Assembly (NCBI GenBank): GCA_009103225.1
Contig: RHPI01001737.1
Location: forward strand, 438,223-502,222
Direction of reading: 5' to 3'
DNA: 64,000 nt
From: Chlorokybus atmophyticus
Taxonomy: Eukaryota > Plantae > Mesostigma and Chlorokybus algae
In this document: piece after piece, positions 39,037 through 60,935 of the stretch
Layout of the letters: every line of letters begins with the position of its first letter
How positions within the stretch are numbered: the stretch's first letter is position 1
Translations under genes and position numbers: made by a program
Notes under the pieces: generated by a model
Told to the model about the DNA's origin: nothing
The model's input: the letters and a program-made list of their open reading frames with translations, nothing else
Database searches by the model: none

Positions 39037-40765
39037 TCAAGCCTCATAGTTCCATGACACAGGAGGGTAGTCACAGCGCATATCCATTGTTTCAAGCATG
39101 AGACGCCCTATGCACTCCGCCATTGCGGGAGGAACTGCATTCGCTATGGAAACGGCCGAGGTCATCCATGGCACTCCCAGCGCTGTTTGCCACGCAGCAA
39201 TGCCGCCCCTGGTGCTTGGAAGGCCATAGACCGGGTACATCTGCTGTGGCGCGTTTGATGTCACGATTGTCTTCTTCGCGCTAGCGGACAGGTGCGGCGA
39301 TAGCAGTCCAACTGCCTTGCCCGCGTGCGAGCAGCGTGCTGGTGGGGTAGCTACCACTGGCTGTGTCTCAAACAGACGGTGTCGGAAAGTTGATAGGCCA
39401 AACATCGTGCCACAAAGGGACAGATTGGGTCTGAATGAGGAAGCTGCTCCTGGCACATTCTCAATCACAAACTTGACCTGGCTTGCAAGCAGCAGACGTC
39501 GGACGAGCGGTATCATATCCTGGTGTCTCCAGGATGTGCCATGTGCCGCCCGTTGAGGTGCCGGGATAGCACCTGAATAGGCCTGGCATGGTGGACTGGC
39601 CCAGATGAGCTCGTACTCGCTCAGCTCTCCTGCACTCAGGGTGCATACATCGCGGTGTATGAAGGGCAGCGGGTACTCAGAGGAGGGACTTATGTCCATC
39701 CCGGTCACGTCAAAGCCTGCGTGGTATAGACCGACACTGGCACCGCCACCGCCGCAGAATAGGTCGAGTGCCCTTGGTCTGCGTGTGCGTCCCAGCTTGT
39801 TGTCAAATGGCGTGTATGTGGTCAAGGCTGGCCGTGGTGCTGGCCAGGGACTAACAATGATGCCGTCCGGGCTTACTTTGCGACTGACGTTCTCCCCTCC
39901 GGCGCGCAGAACATGGCGTGCCCCGTCAACTGATGTGTACGCGAATACGTTGTGCCCTTTGAAGTTGATGGTTTGTGGTCGATCACCGTCATCGAATACT
40001 ATACGGTGCTGCCCTGCAAAGACATTTTCCATTGCACCATGCATATATGATGCGTCCTCAATCTCGCACGCCACGAAGCGATGCTGACCTGACGCTTGCT
40101 TGAATGATTCCACAACGCCCGCATACCATTCCCCATCCAGCGGCCAATGCACCATGACACTCACACCGATCAGCTGCTCGCATCCCAACTTAACTGCGTT
40201 CCGCAGCCGATGCAGTGCGCTGTCCAACGGTCGATGGTCTGCCTCCTCTACAGCGGCCAGGGGATGGAACTGCCCACGCCCACACCGTGCAAGACTGCTC
40301 TGAATGCGACAACAGCTTCAACATGCATGAAATAAGCATACGCCCAACATAACATGCAGTGATACGTCGCGGTCCACTCTTGTGGATTACCTCCACAGCA
40401 TCCACCACCTGTCCACTAACCACATGTCCCGGTGTTGTCCATGTGAAGAAGCGCATGGGTTCCCCTCGCCACTCGAAGCATGAGCGCGAGCACGATTCGC
40501 ACACGCACTGCACGCAATGGAAAAACTCGGGTTCCTTGCACAGCACTTGGCCGAGGCGGCAGCCAAACACGTCGACATTGTGTGTGGTGTGATGCCAGCA
40601 AGCAGCACTAAAACCGTGGCACACTGTCTGCACTCGCTGGCATTCGGTCAAGTGTGCTCGCATTTGCTGCCTACGGCCATTGGCACATACGTACGCATTG
40701 CATTGTGGGCACACCAAGCATGGTCTCCTAGGTGAGGGTGATTCAACTGCTGCCGCCGACATCAT
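39037..40765 (-). CDS. Cys/His-rich Zn domain - Tudor - C5-cytosine DNA methyltransferase, copy 2 (intact, 3 exons, 520 aa)
   Basis: Exons 40765-40391, 40299-40089 and 40013-39037 (1563 nt) join in frame. Tudor IGVSVMVHWPLDGEWYAGVVESFKQASGQHRIVFDDGD; MTase ALDLFCGGGG (I), ASPPCQ (IV), FVIENV (VI), FRHRLFET (VIII), NAVPPAMAECIG (X). Confidence 0.92.
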
Positions 40766-40903
40766 GCAAAATAGGAATCGGCACGGCTGCCCACAAACTG
40801 AGCGAGACTTTAGGGTATGGGCATCAATTTAGGGTTGCCAGCTTACGAACCCTAAATGGGTCAAACTTCAAGTGAAGCACGACTGTACCTTATACGCTAT
40901 TGC

Positions 40904-40921
40904 AGTACCATGCATGGTACT
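40904..40921. promoter_or_regulatory. Perfect 18-bp palindrome AGTACCATGCATGGTACT upstream of the Tudor-MTase gene
   Basis: Directly visible, ~140 bp upstream of the ATG at 40765, among several ATGGTAC half-sites. Confidence 0.45.
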
Positions 40922-41248
40922 ACATCAACATGAATGGTACTCTATCTGTTAATGGTACTACAGTACAAGGATACTCGCATACTACCACGATCGTAGAGTA
41001 ATACTGTGCTGTCATGCCATGGAACCCAGAGCGCTGTCCGAGTTTGTTGCTGTCAACCACGCTCTAAACCAGCGAGGTATGCAAGCCATGCACTGACTCA
41101 TGCGCCGGGCAGTCATCATACACATGTACAGCCAATGCTTCTAACAACAGCAGATCTCTGGTGCACCATGCACCATGCTGCAACTATACATGTACCTACA
41201 TGGTTCACAGGAAGCCAACACAAAACTACAATACATGCACAATTGGCA

Positions 41249-44200
41249 TCAAGGCGGGGGCCAAATCACCGCCGACACGTTGGCGTCTTGCATCAGGCGT
41301 GGCGACCAAAACGGGTGAGGTTGCTTGCAGAATGGACACGCTTGTAGATTCTTTGATTTATTTGCCACAGTCTTCTGATGTGCTATGATGCAGACATGGC
41401 ACATCGCTTTCTTGCAACAGGGCGTCTCCCCATCCGCTGGGGGGGGGGGGTCTTCCATGCGACAAATCAGCACACATGGTGCACGCGGGTGTGCAAGCTG
41501 CCTCTGCCACCAAACTCTGTTATCGCGTCGCAGGCGTAGCGACTCCCATCTGAATGGCGCAGCATAACGCTCCACTGCCTGCTCGATCACCTGACGCCCA
41601 TCTGCCGCCATACACCACCTGCTGGTCTTGGTGGTCTCGTCCAGCATGCGTTCATCCAGGCCCTCGACATGGCTGTCGTCACTCGTGTACTCCCCCGCAT
41701 CGTCATTTTCTTCGAGCTTCCACAGAATCAGCTCGACGTGCCGTATGACATACAGCCACTGCCAGCCAAAGCATGCCAAGTACAGCTCGAATGGTTTTAC
41801 TTGCCACCCAGTATGTTTGCTCAGGTAGTGGCACACATCTCGACCCGCATTAGTCGACATCGACAGGTACATCTGCTGCAGCAGGTCGAAGTTCTGCTCC
41901 GCAGATAGCTCTTGCACATTGCCGGGGTGCTGCGGCAGCAACAACACCATCATATCGAGGACGGCGAGGGGCAACAACGTACTACGGATGGCCATATCGT
42001 GTATGGGTTCCAACCACGGCCAATCCCCAGAGGTCTGTTTAGACCGCATTCTCCGCGTTTGCTCCCACTTATTGCAAACTTTCGTCACCCACCTCGAGGC
42101 ATGCCGCATGCGGTGATGCAGCGCGTCTTGGGCGTACTGTAGGGTGATCAACTCCTTTGCACTACGAGTCAGCCCCCCAAAGCGTCTGCGCGTCGGTGCT
42201 TTGAGCTTAGGCAGCTCGTGCCGCACCGGCTGTCTCTCTGGACGATGCTGAGCAGCCACTTGACGCTGTAAACCCGCCTGTGCCTACTCAGGACACACAG
42301 TCAGCCCCAGTGAGGCTTCAAGGCGCTGTGCTTCTTCTAATGTTGTAACGATGCCTCACCTTTCCTTTTTTGGTCCTGTCAGCGTCCTTTGTTCCAACAA
42401 CCTTCTTCTTTTTTTTTTGGTCACCCTGCACATCCTGGCAGGCGCTCTCCGTGGCACTGTCACTCAGAGGAGGTAAGGCGTTATCTTCTTGCTCCACAGC
42501 CTTGCGCTTGTTGGTTGCCTCCCGTTCCTCCACGACCTCATGTTGCTTCATGAGGTCGAGCATGAAGCCTTTGTCTTTCAGCGCAGCTTTCAGGACACCT
42601 CGATCAATCTCTTTACCAACAAGACAGGCTGGGATCAATGTGGCAAGCTTAGAGGGAGAGGGCGAGCTACAGCTGCTTCTTGATGGAGATGCCTCCGGAT
42701 GGTCAGAGTGCGGTGGCAAGTGAGTCTCCGCGGCAGGAAGGGAGGGTGCTGAATTGGGATTGCGAGCATGTGGCTGTGGTTGAGGGGAGGCAGGATGTGC
42801 AGAACACTCGGCTACTTCTTGCCTAGCACACGAAGGCGAGGCCTGAGGCGTTGGCGCAGCACTCTGGGTCACAGCCGGTGGTAGCGGGGAATTGGCAACG
42901 CCATTCCGCCACTCTCCGATCAGGTGTGTTACCTCCGGTGGCACTTCATGCATAGGCCACGACCACTGTTCGGTGCTTGCAGGCTTGAGGAGCCAAAAGT
43001 GTGCTTCTGGCTCATCAGGAGCAGTGTTGCCCACCACCAGGACTGAGTTGGGGGCTTCTTTATTTTCAACCCAAACTGCGCTGCCGGTCCGTGGCACCCA
43101 CTCCCCATGCTCGCGCTGAACGGTCACGCAGCCAATCAACAAGCCCAGCTTGTTGGCAAACATGGTCATCTGCAGGTGCTCGACGTACACATCTTTTCTC
43201 CGCACGATCTGTCGCACCTTGGCCATGGCTAGGTCAATGTTGCAGTTGATATCAGCCAACATGGTCGCAGGCAGTTTGTCGTAATACTGCGCCATCTCTC
43301 CCGCGGCACCAGTGGCTCTGCAGAAGTCTAGGATTCTGCTCGCCACGCCTGCATCGACAGCCTTGGCGGTGATTTTGCGGAGAGTGTGCCCCCTGCCGTC
43401 GTCGTCCATGGTGTCAAGCATGGCCCAAAATCTGCTCGAGCTGGGGCACTTGTGATCATCCAGGACACTTTGCGCTATGGATGGCTTGGCGCGAAATACA
43501 CAATGGTAGAAGCAGTTACCATCCGTTAGCGCATTGAAGTGGTCCCATGAGGCGAGCTGGCCACCTAGCATGACTGATGGCCGTATGCGGGTTGCGGCCA
43601 GCTCCTCTGATGACTCGCTGGCAGGTGGTGACCCCTGCTGCATGCGCATACAGCACTCACATGGTGTGTCCAACTGTGGACGGCAAGAGTCACAGTGACT
43701 GATAAAGTACCTGAGTTTGGGGCAGACTGCCGGCTTCAACTTGCAGCGGGTGGGGTAAGGTAGGTGCAGAAGCCACATCGGTTGTTGCATTGTGCTGTGG
43801 TCTCGCCGGTGGCGGCAAGAAGGATTGTTGCCCCGCAATCACCGGTGCTGCTCGTGGAGGAGATGGCAGTGCACGAAGGACTGGTGCCGCGGAAGGTGGT
43901 TGCGCTCTGGCTGGGAGGGGAGCAGGAGCTGCAGGTGAGACCACTTGTGCATGCAGCAAGGGGGGCTGTATACAGGACCCAGGATAAGATGGCTCACAAT
44001 GTTGCAAAGGACGAATATAAGCTTATGCAGTGCCTGACGCATTGTTACCAAGGCACGAGCATAAAAGACAGCGACTTACCTCAATGGCCCGTGGGCTGCA
44101 TGGAGCAGGGGAAGCCATGGGGGCTGACAAGGTGGTATTGGCTGCACTCTCCCCGCCACCCTCGATGGCAGACTCGTCACGGAGCTCTTGAGCCATGGGC

Positions 44201-45200
44201 ACATCATGCGCCACTGCCTCAATGGACATGTCGGGATTCAACAGGCCAACATGCATGTTAAACTGATGCCGCATTGCCGCCGCGCCCATCAGCAAGTGGG
44301 ATTGAAGGACCAGTTGATGGGATTGAATCCAGGCTTGCATAGGAGCTCCAACAGGACTTAGTGCACTGTGGTGCTGTCAACCAATCACATGTGGGTTAGC
44401 TGCATGCTTGCGACACTGCAATTGCAATAGTCAACTGCGTCACACCGTCATCAGTTGGTTGCTTCGAACAGTCACCTGCGGCATTGCTGGTTGATGCACG
44501 AATGATTGCATGGACTGCGTCATTGCTGGTTGATGCACTATTGGTTGAATGCCGGACGAATGGCCACGCGCTCCTGTGCTCAAACCCAGCCTACTTCGTT
44601 CGGCACGCGCGCGCGACTTCGCACGCTCACGCACATCCTAGCATGCAAAGGTAGGCATGCATTGGAGCCGACATTGCAGTCAACATGCACAGCGAGATTG
44701 GCAACAACATACCGCCGCCCAGCTCTGTCTATCTGCTCTTGCTTCCGCAATGTCGGCTTGACTGTAGGGTGGGTATGGGTGAATAGTGGAGGCCTGCAGC
44801 CACGCTACATATATCACATGGACTGCGCTAAAAAACAAATTGCTCTTGCAAGGAAATGCATGTGACTGTTGAGCGTACCTCTGCATTCCTTTGTGCTTGT
44901 TCCCACAGCCGCAACTGGTCCCGCATGGTTCTGACAAGGGGCTCCAAGGACTGCAGCTCCTGATCCACTCCCTGTTGCAGAAAGCGAGCCACCAAGCAGC
45001 TCTCTGTGTGAAGATGGTCTTTAATGGCTTGCCTGCTGGTTTGTCCAATGTTGGTGATGCATGTTGGACAGCCCCATTGCTGACGCCTGCCATGATCCAT
45101 GACGTGGCGACCGGTAGTAGCTGGCTTCGCTGCTTGAACTCTTACGACCACAACTTCTCGCAAGATGTGCCACGCCGCCGCCGCCGCCGCCGCCGCCTCC
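41249..45200 (-). CDS. Spliced gene encoding (C2HC finger) - low-complexity - OTU cysteine protease - RING-type finger
   Basis: OTU TDGNCFYHCVFR...EAHFWLL in ORF 42318-43838. RING-like CVLIC...PCCKKAMCHVC...CPFC in ORF 41249-42259. A 94-nt intron 42266-42359 (GTGAG donor, CTGAC branch-like site, TTTACAG acceptor) joins them in frame (KKGK|RQVAAQ). The upstream exon has CPTC..KDHLHTESC; the 5' exon structure is approximate. Confidence 0.72.
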
Positions 45201-45361
45201 TCCGACTCCTGGTCCTCCGCCTCCTAGTCGAACCCAGGCCCATCAAGCCTGACATTCGACCCGTCATCGACCTGGTGCCCCTGCGTGCCATCATCCGGCC
45301 ATCAATGAAGCGTGTTTGGGTGAGTGCATGCTAACTCCCATTTGGGCTGATCGAGCAATGC

Positions 45362-45520
45362 CTCTGTCGTACCATGGATGGTACGACAGAGCCATTGTAC
45401 GGCAATCGCTGGGGTTGGACGAGAGATGCCTCTGTCGTACCATAAATGTTACGACACAACCATTGGTAACAATGGTTGTACGAAGCATGCATGGCACGAA
45501 TGCATAAGTCGTACCATCAA
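45362..45520. promoter_or_regulatory. GTACCAT palindrome cluster in a second divergent intergenic region
   Basis: 14-bp-arm CTCTGTCGTACCAT-GG-ATGGTACGACAGAG at 45362-45391 and a degenerate second copy near 45430-45460. Confidence 0.5.
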
Positions 45521-45699
45521 CCATAGGAGCAAGGACGCACTACAAGTGCGACTCTAGTGCGGGACTCTAGACGTTCAAAACCGCCTCATTTTCGTTTTCG
45601 CGCCTCATACATTCGGGCGGGCCAACCGGCGGCGGCAGCGTTGGAGGCGGCAGCGCCACTTACAGCTAAACAGGCGGCACCCGACTATCAGTTGGAGAG

Positions 45700-47290
45700 A
45701 TGCCTCGTGGTCCATCCGTAAGTGCACCTCGTCGTGGAGGTCGGCGCCAGTTGTCCACATTGCCCCCAGTGTTCAACCAGGCAACCGTCGCCAACCAATC
45801 GCAGCAAGACCCCGCGCTAACGCCCAGCACATCACAACAACTCCACCTGACACCGCAGTCGCAAGGGCAAGCTAGACTGCATGCGTTCTTGATGCACTGT
45901 GCACGTTGCTTCTTGCTCAACTTCTAACTTGGATGCTTGCTTCTATCATGACTAGCACAGTGACTCACTGCATGCGTTCTGGATACACTGTGCACGTTGT
46001 TCTTCTTTTGCAACTGTGAGGGTTGCATCTTTCATGGCTGGCAGCATGACTCATGTGGTTGTGCTTGCAGAGGGTCGATTGGAACCCCCAACCCAAACGC
46101 ATTTGGCCGTGACGTGGCAACCTCGGCCGTCAGCAACCCTTCCCCAAGCAAGTGGAAGATTGGCAACGAGGTAAGCACTGTGTGACACTGTGACACTGTG
46201 TGTATGTGTGTAACGGATTGTTCTTCTGTGGACAGCATTTGCGAGATGCCGTCGTTGAAATCATAAACGGCCACTGGGTAGAGAGCCACGTTTATCCCAA
46301 GGAGGACACTATTCGTAACGTCATGTGTCAGGTGCTGTGAATGCTTCATGACCGCACTGCACCGTGACACTGACCAACCTGCCCGTGACAGGTAGTTGGC
46401 TTCGACCATGACGACGAGGCCGATGCGGCCAAGTTCTATGAGGTGTACTGGACTCCCAAGGAGTGCCCCTTCCACTGGAGTGTCGCCCTGAAGAAAGCTA
46501 CGCAGGTCCGGTCTGAGAACGTCACCAAGATCAAGCATGTCCTTGAGAAGGAGTACAAGTGGACACTGTTTAACAGCAACAAGCGCAAGTGAGTTGGGTC
46601 CCTCACCACCATGTCTGCTATGCAACACTGCCTTCTTACTCAGCCTCCATACACACGTACTCATCTCGCCTATTGTAACCGATTCAATCAGGCACATCGA
46701 CGCCCTAATGGACCCCGAGACCCAAAAAGCCCAGATGCGCAACGCGCTCCAAAGTAAGTCACAGGCACTATTCTAGCCTGGTGCAGGCTCAACTTGAACT
46801 ATCTATTTCGTGACTAATGCCTTGTCGGTATGACTGTCGCAGACAAGTCATGGCGGAGATTTGAGGTGACCGACACTGCAGACCCGGAGCGGAGGAGATA
46901 CATCCATGAATGGGGCAATCCCATAATCTGGCAAATGATCGTGCAATGCTGGTCTTACGCCGTCACTACACCTGGTCGCCGGCAGCTGACAGTCAACCAC
47001 TTCTTTGTGTGCTATCCATGAATTAGATTTTACTCCACCCTCATCCTCAATGTTGGACTCCTCATCACTCAACAACTCCACCTGCGAAGAAGAGTCTTCG
47101 ACAAGGCCCTCTTCGGATTGATCATTCTTGTGGACACTCCACTCTTCGAGGGCACCTTCGATGGGCATGAGTGCCAGTCCTCTAAATCCGGTGGGCATGA
47201 ACTCGCATGCAACTCGCTTCTGCCTCAAGCAAACTCAGCTGATGGGTTGGATGCAAGTGAAAGATGCGTGTTTCCTTGCAAAAAGGTAGT
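45700..47290 (+). pseudogene. Spliced hypothetical gene (unknown family) with an in-frame TGA at 47019-47021
   Basis: Clean GT-AG bounded exons: GSIGTPNP...KWKIGNE | HLRDAVVEIINGHWVESHVYPKEDTIRNVMCQ | VVGFDHDDEADAAKFYEVYW...LFNSNKR | HIDALMDPETQKAQMRNALQ | KSWRRFEV...CYP*IRFYSTLILN. Confidence 0.6.
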
Positions 47291-49003
47291 ATGAGATGAC
47301 TACATTTTTACTTATAATCAGCCGGTCACTCATGTTAAACAGTCCTAACTCAATCCTTACTTAATGTACATACCAAGGCAGCCCATACGGCGCATCAAAT
47401 GTGCAACAGTAACACACGCGCCTTCATGCACAGCAACGCACAGCAATGAACGCGTGCACACACTCTATACACATGTAAGCATGTGCACAAGCATCCGCTC
47501 AATAAGGAAACCTTTTTCCAAAGGCGTTGCTTGCACTCTGGTATGGTCATGCATCAAATCAAACCAGGAAACAAGCTAGCAAATCCTAACATATGACCAT
47601 AAAGGTATGGCCCAACCAACTCTTCAATTACTATAACTGTCGGTTTGCATTAGAATAGTAACAGTCATGATAGCGTTAATAGGTAACGGTAGACGGTTAG
47701 GAAAGGCTTATTAAAACTCATCCTCTTTAAGTAAACTTCAAGATGCATTTGTTTACGCCAACCCACAGCCAAACCGTTTACTTCCACTGTAAGTTATAGC
47801 TTCCAAAAGTCACGACTTATAAATAGATGCGCGGGATACCATAATGACCCAAATATGCTGTCAGCTCGATATCTGATTGTAGACATGCAATGAACACACC
47901 TCCCTCACGTTCATGAGGACGGCAACATGAGTTCTACAGCAAAACCCAACACATAAACCCTGTTAATTGGCTATGAGTTGAAGTCCCAAGTCTATTCATG
48001 TTGCTTGCCCAAAAGACACAATGCACACGATACTACATGCTCGCGTGATGACACCTCCCTTCGTTAAATGCAAGCCCAATTAACATAATGTATAGTGAGA
48101 GGCACTGTGTTTATGTTGATTTGATATCTGATAGATATATTGTAGTGTATAACATCATTGTAATAAGACTGTTACATGTGTAATGTCGAGGTCATGTACG
48201 TATATTGCGTAAATTTGACAGCTTAGGCAAAATATGTAACACACAACTTGTATGTTTCAGTATAATATGTATGTATTAAACGTTGTATTTATCTCATGTA
48301 TACACATACTCTGTCACATGATATAACATATATAATGTATACTATATATAACGCATACGAGATATTTACGTTTTCGTGTGCTTTAATATGCATGAAGTTC
48401 TCTTGCAGGATGCATATAATGGCTATGCATGTTAACATTAAAGGTGCGGGGTGTCAATAGTATTTTAACTTGTGCATGTGTTTTCCACAAAGGTATCTTG
48501 GAGGTTGTGCGGTAGCTAAAAGTTGCTCCACTTTCAGATAGGGCCATCACATGATCAGTGCACATCCTTTTATTTTGGGGGGTTTGGTTTTTTTCTTTAG
48601 ATGCCCAGCTCCCGATCTCAATTGGACACGACGGAGCCTTTTAGCCTGAGATATTCAGGGGTCTTCATGATAAGTGCACATCAGCGTGCCGCACAGCGAG
48701 TGCCTTGACGCACAACGCAGCACAATGGTAAACTCGGCACCTCGGGCTGGTTGCATGGGGTGAAATTTGAAACTCCAGCTCCAGAGTGCCCGTTTTAAAC
48801 GCTGCTGCTTTGAGGCAGGCGACAGTCAGCTTTCGCCGCAAGTGGCCACTGTCGCCGACGACGGCGACGCTGGGGTTAGCAGTTGACGGAGGAGGGGACT
48901 TCGTCCTACGCCAATGACACCGCCTGCTGCCCAAGTCCAGGGTAGTGGACTGCTAGTCAGCAAGTTGTAAGCGGAGGTAGACTGTGGGGCGGCCGCCGCA
49001 AGC

Positions 49004-60219
<11,216 letters not shown>

Positions 60220-60559
60220 ATTGCCAATTCCCAGCATTTCAAGGATAGTGTAGGATTGTAAAGTCTCCCATGTGCTCTTTACCAATCATAAACCTGTAAA
60301 CCCGCCTTCTGTGCGTGTACCATGGGTAGGCAGCTCCATATTCTAGCAAATCGTTGCATGTACACTCTGTTGACCATGCTGCAATGATACATGCGCATGC
60401 AAGCTTCAGCACTTATTGGAACGCTTAAATTTGACACCGCTAGGCTATGTGGTACTTCTAACTCTACCACTCTAACATGCATACCCCACCACAGCAACAG
60501 GCATTGTCGTGATACCTGCCACTGCCGATCGTGTCAGCCTTGCGCAGGTCAACGTTGAC

Positions 60560-60886
60560 AGCGGCAACGACCAGCAGACTCTCTCCGCCGCCGCTCCCCG
60601 ATCCTCCCGCCACCAGCAACAGCCGCTACTGCAGTAACATGGTCGCTATGGCTTGGCTGACGGTATCGCACCCATCCAGCCTGTTAGGCGTCAGGCAGAC
60701 AGACATCAAGAAACCCACTGACCGGCTGATCGCTGTCACGTAGGCTCCGTGTGCATGTGTACTTTACAAAGGTGCTTGTGTGCCAGAGTCCTTTGGGGAT
60801 TCATTGAGAGACCCAAGACTAAACTCCGTGCAGTGAATACAGTGATGTATTTTGTGCGCAACAGCGAGCGAGCGAGCGAGAGCGAG

Positions 60887-60935
<49 letters not shown>

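Larger units (their letters stand above)
33768..47300. mobile_element. Large cargo-carrying Plavaka-type DNA transposon (about 13.5 kb or more; right end not identified)
   Basis: Putative terminus at 33768, Plavaka transposase, and four tightly packed non-housekeeping genes. The same GTACCAT palindromes occur in the intergenic regions. Confidence 0.55.

Noticed and set aside
3460-45230. TAA/TAG stops at plausible Gln positions (Copia CDN*GA, 25087, ~45226), suggesting a TAR=Gln genetic code
   Set aside because: The 331-aa final MOR1 exon and the 500-aa OTU and Plavaka ORFs contain many CAR Gln codons and no in-frame TAR. C-to-T decay in pseudogenes explains the stops better.
45535-45575. Hairpin followed by CTAG, like a Helitron 3' end
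   Set aside because: Short stem, no matching 5' TC end or Rep/helicase sequence; insufficient support.
46032-47228. Minus-strand ORFs of 236 and 126 aa
   Set aside because: Antisense shadows of a plus-strand gene with clean splice sites.
33768-47300. Endogenous giant virus or bacterial contamination as the source of the phage-like MTases
   Set aside because: No capsid, packaging ATPase, polymerase or other viral core genes; the genes have spliceosomal introns and sit beside eukaryotic transposases. A viral origin of the MTase domain itself remains possible.
47600-48620. AT-rich block upstream of MOR1 as a possible right end of the Plavaka element
   Set aside because: No match to the 33768 end was found; only a 14-bp coincidence with 27010 (AAAAGTCACGACTT).
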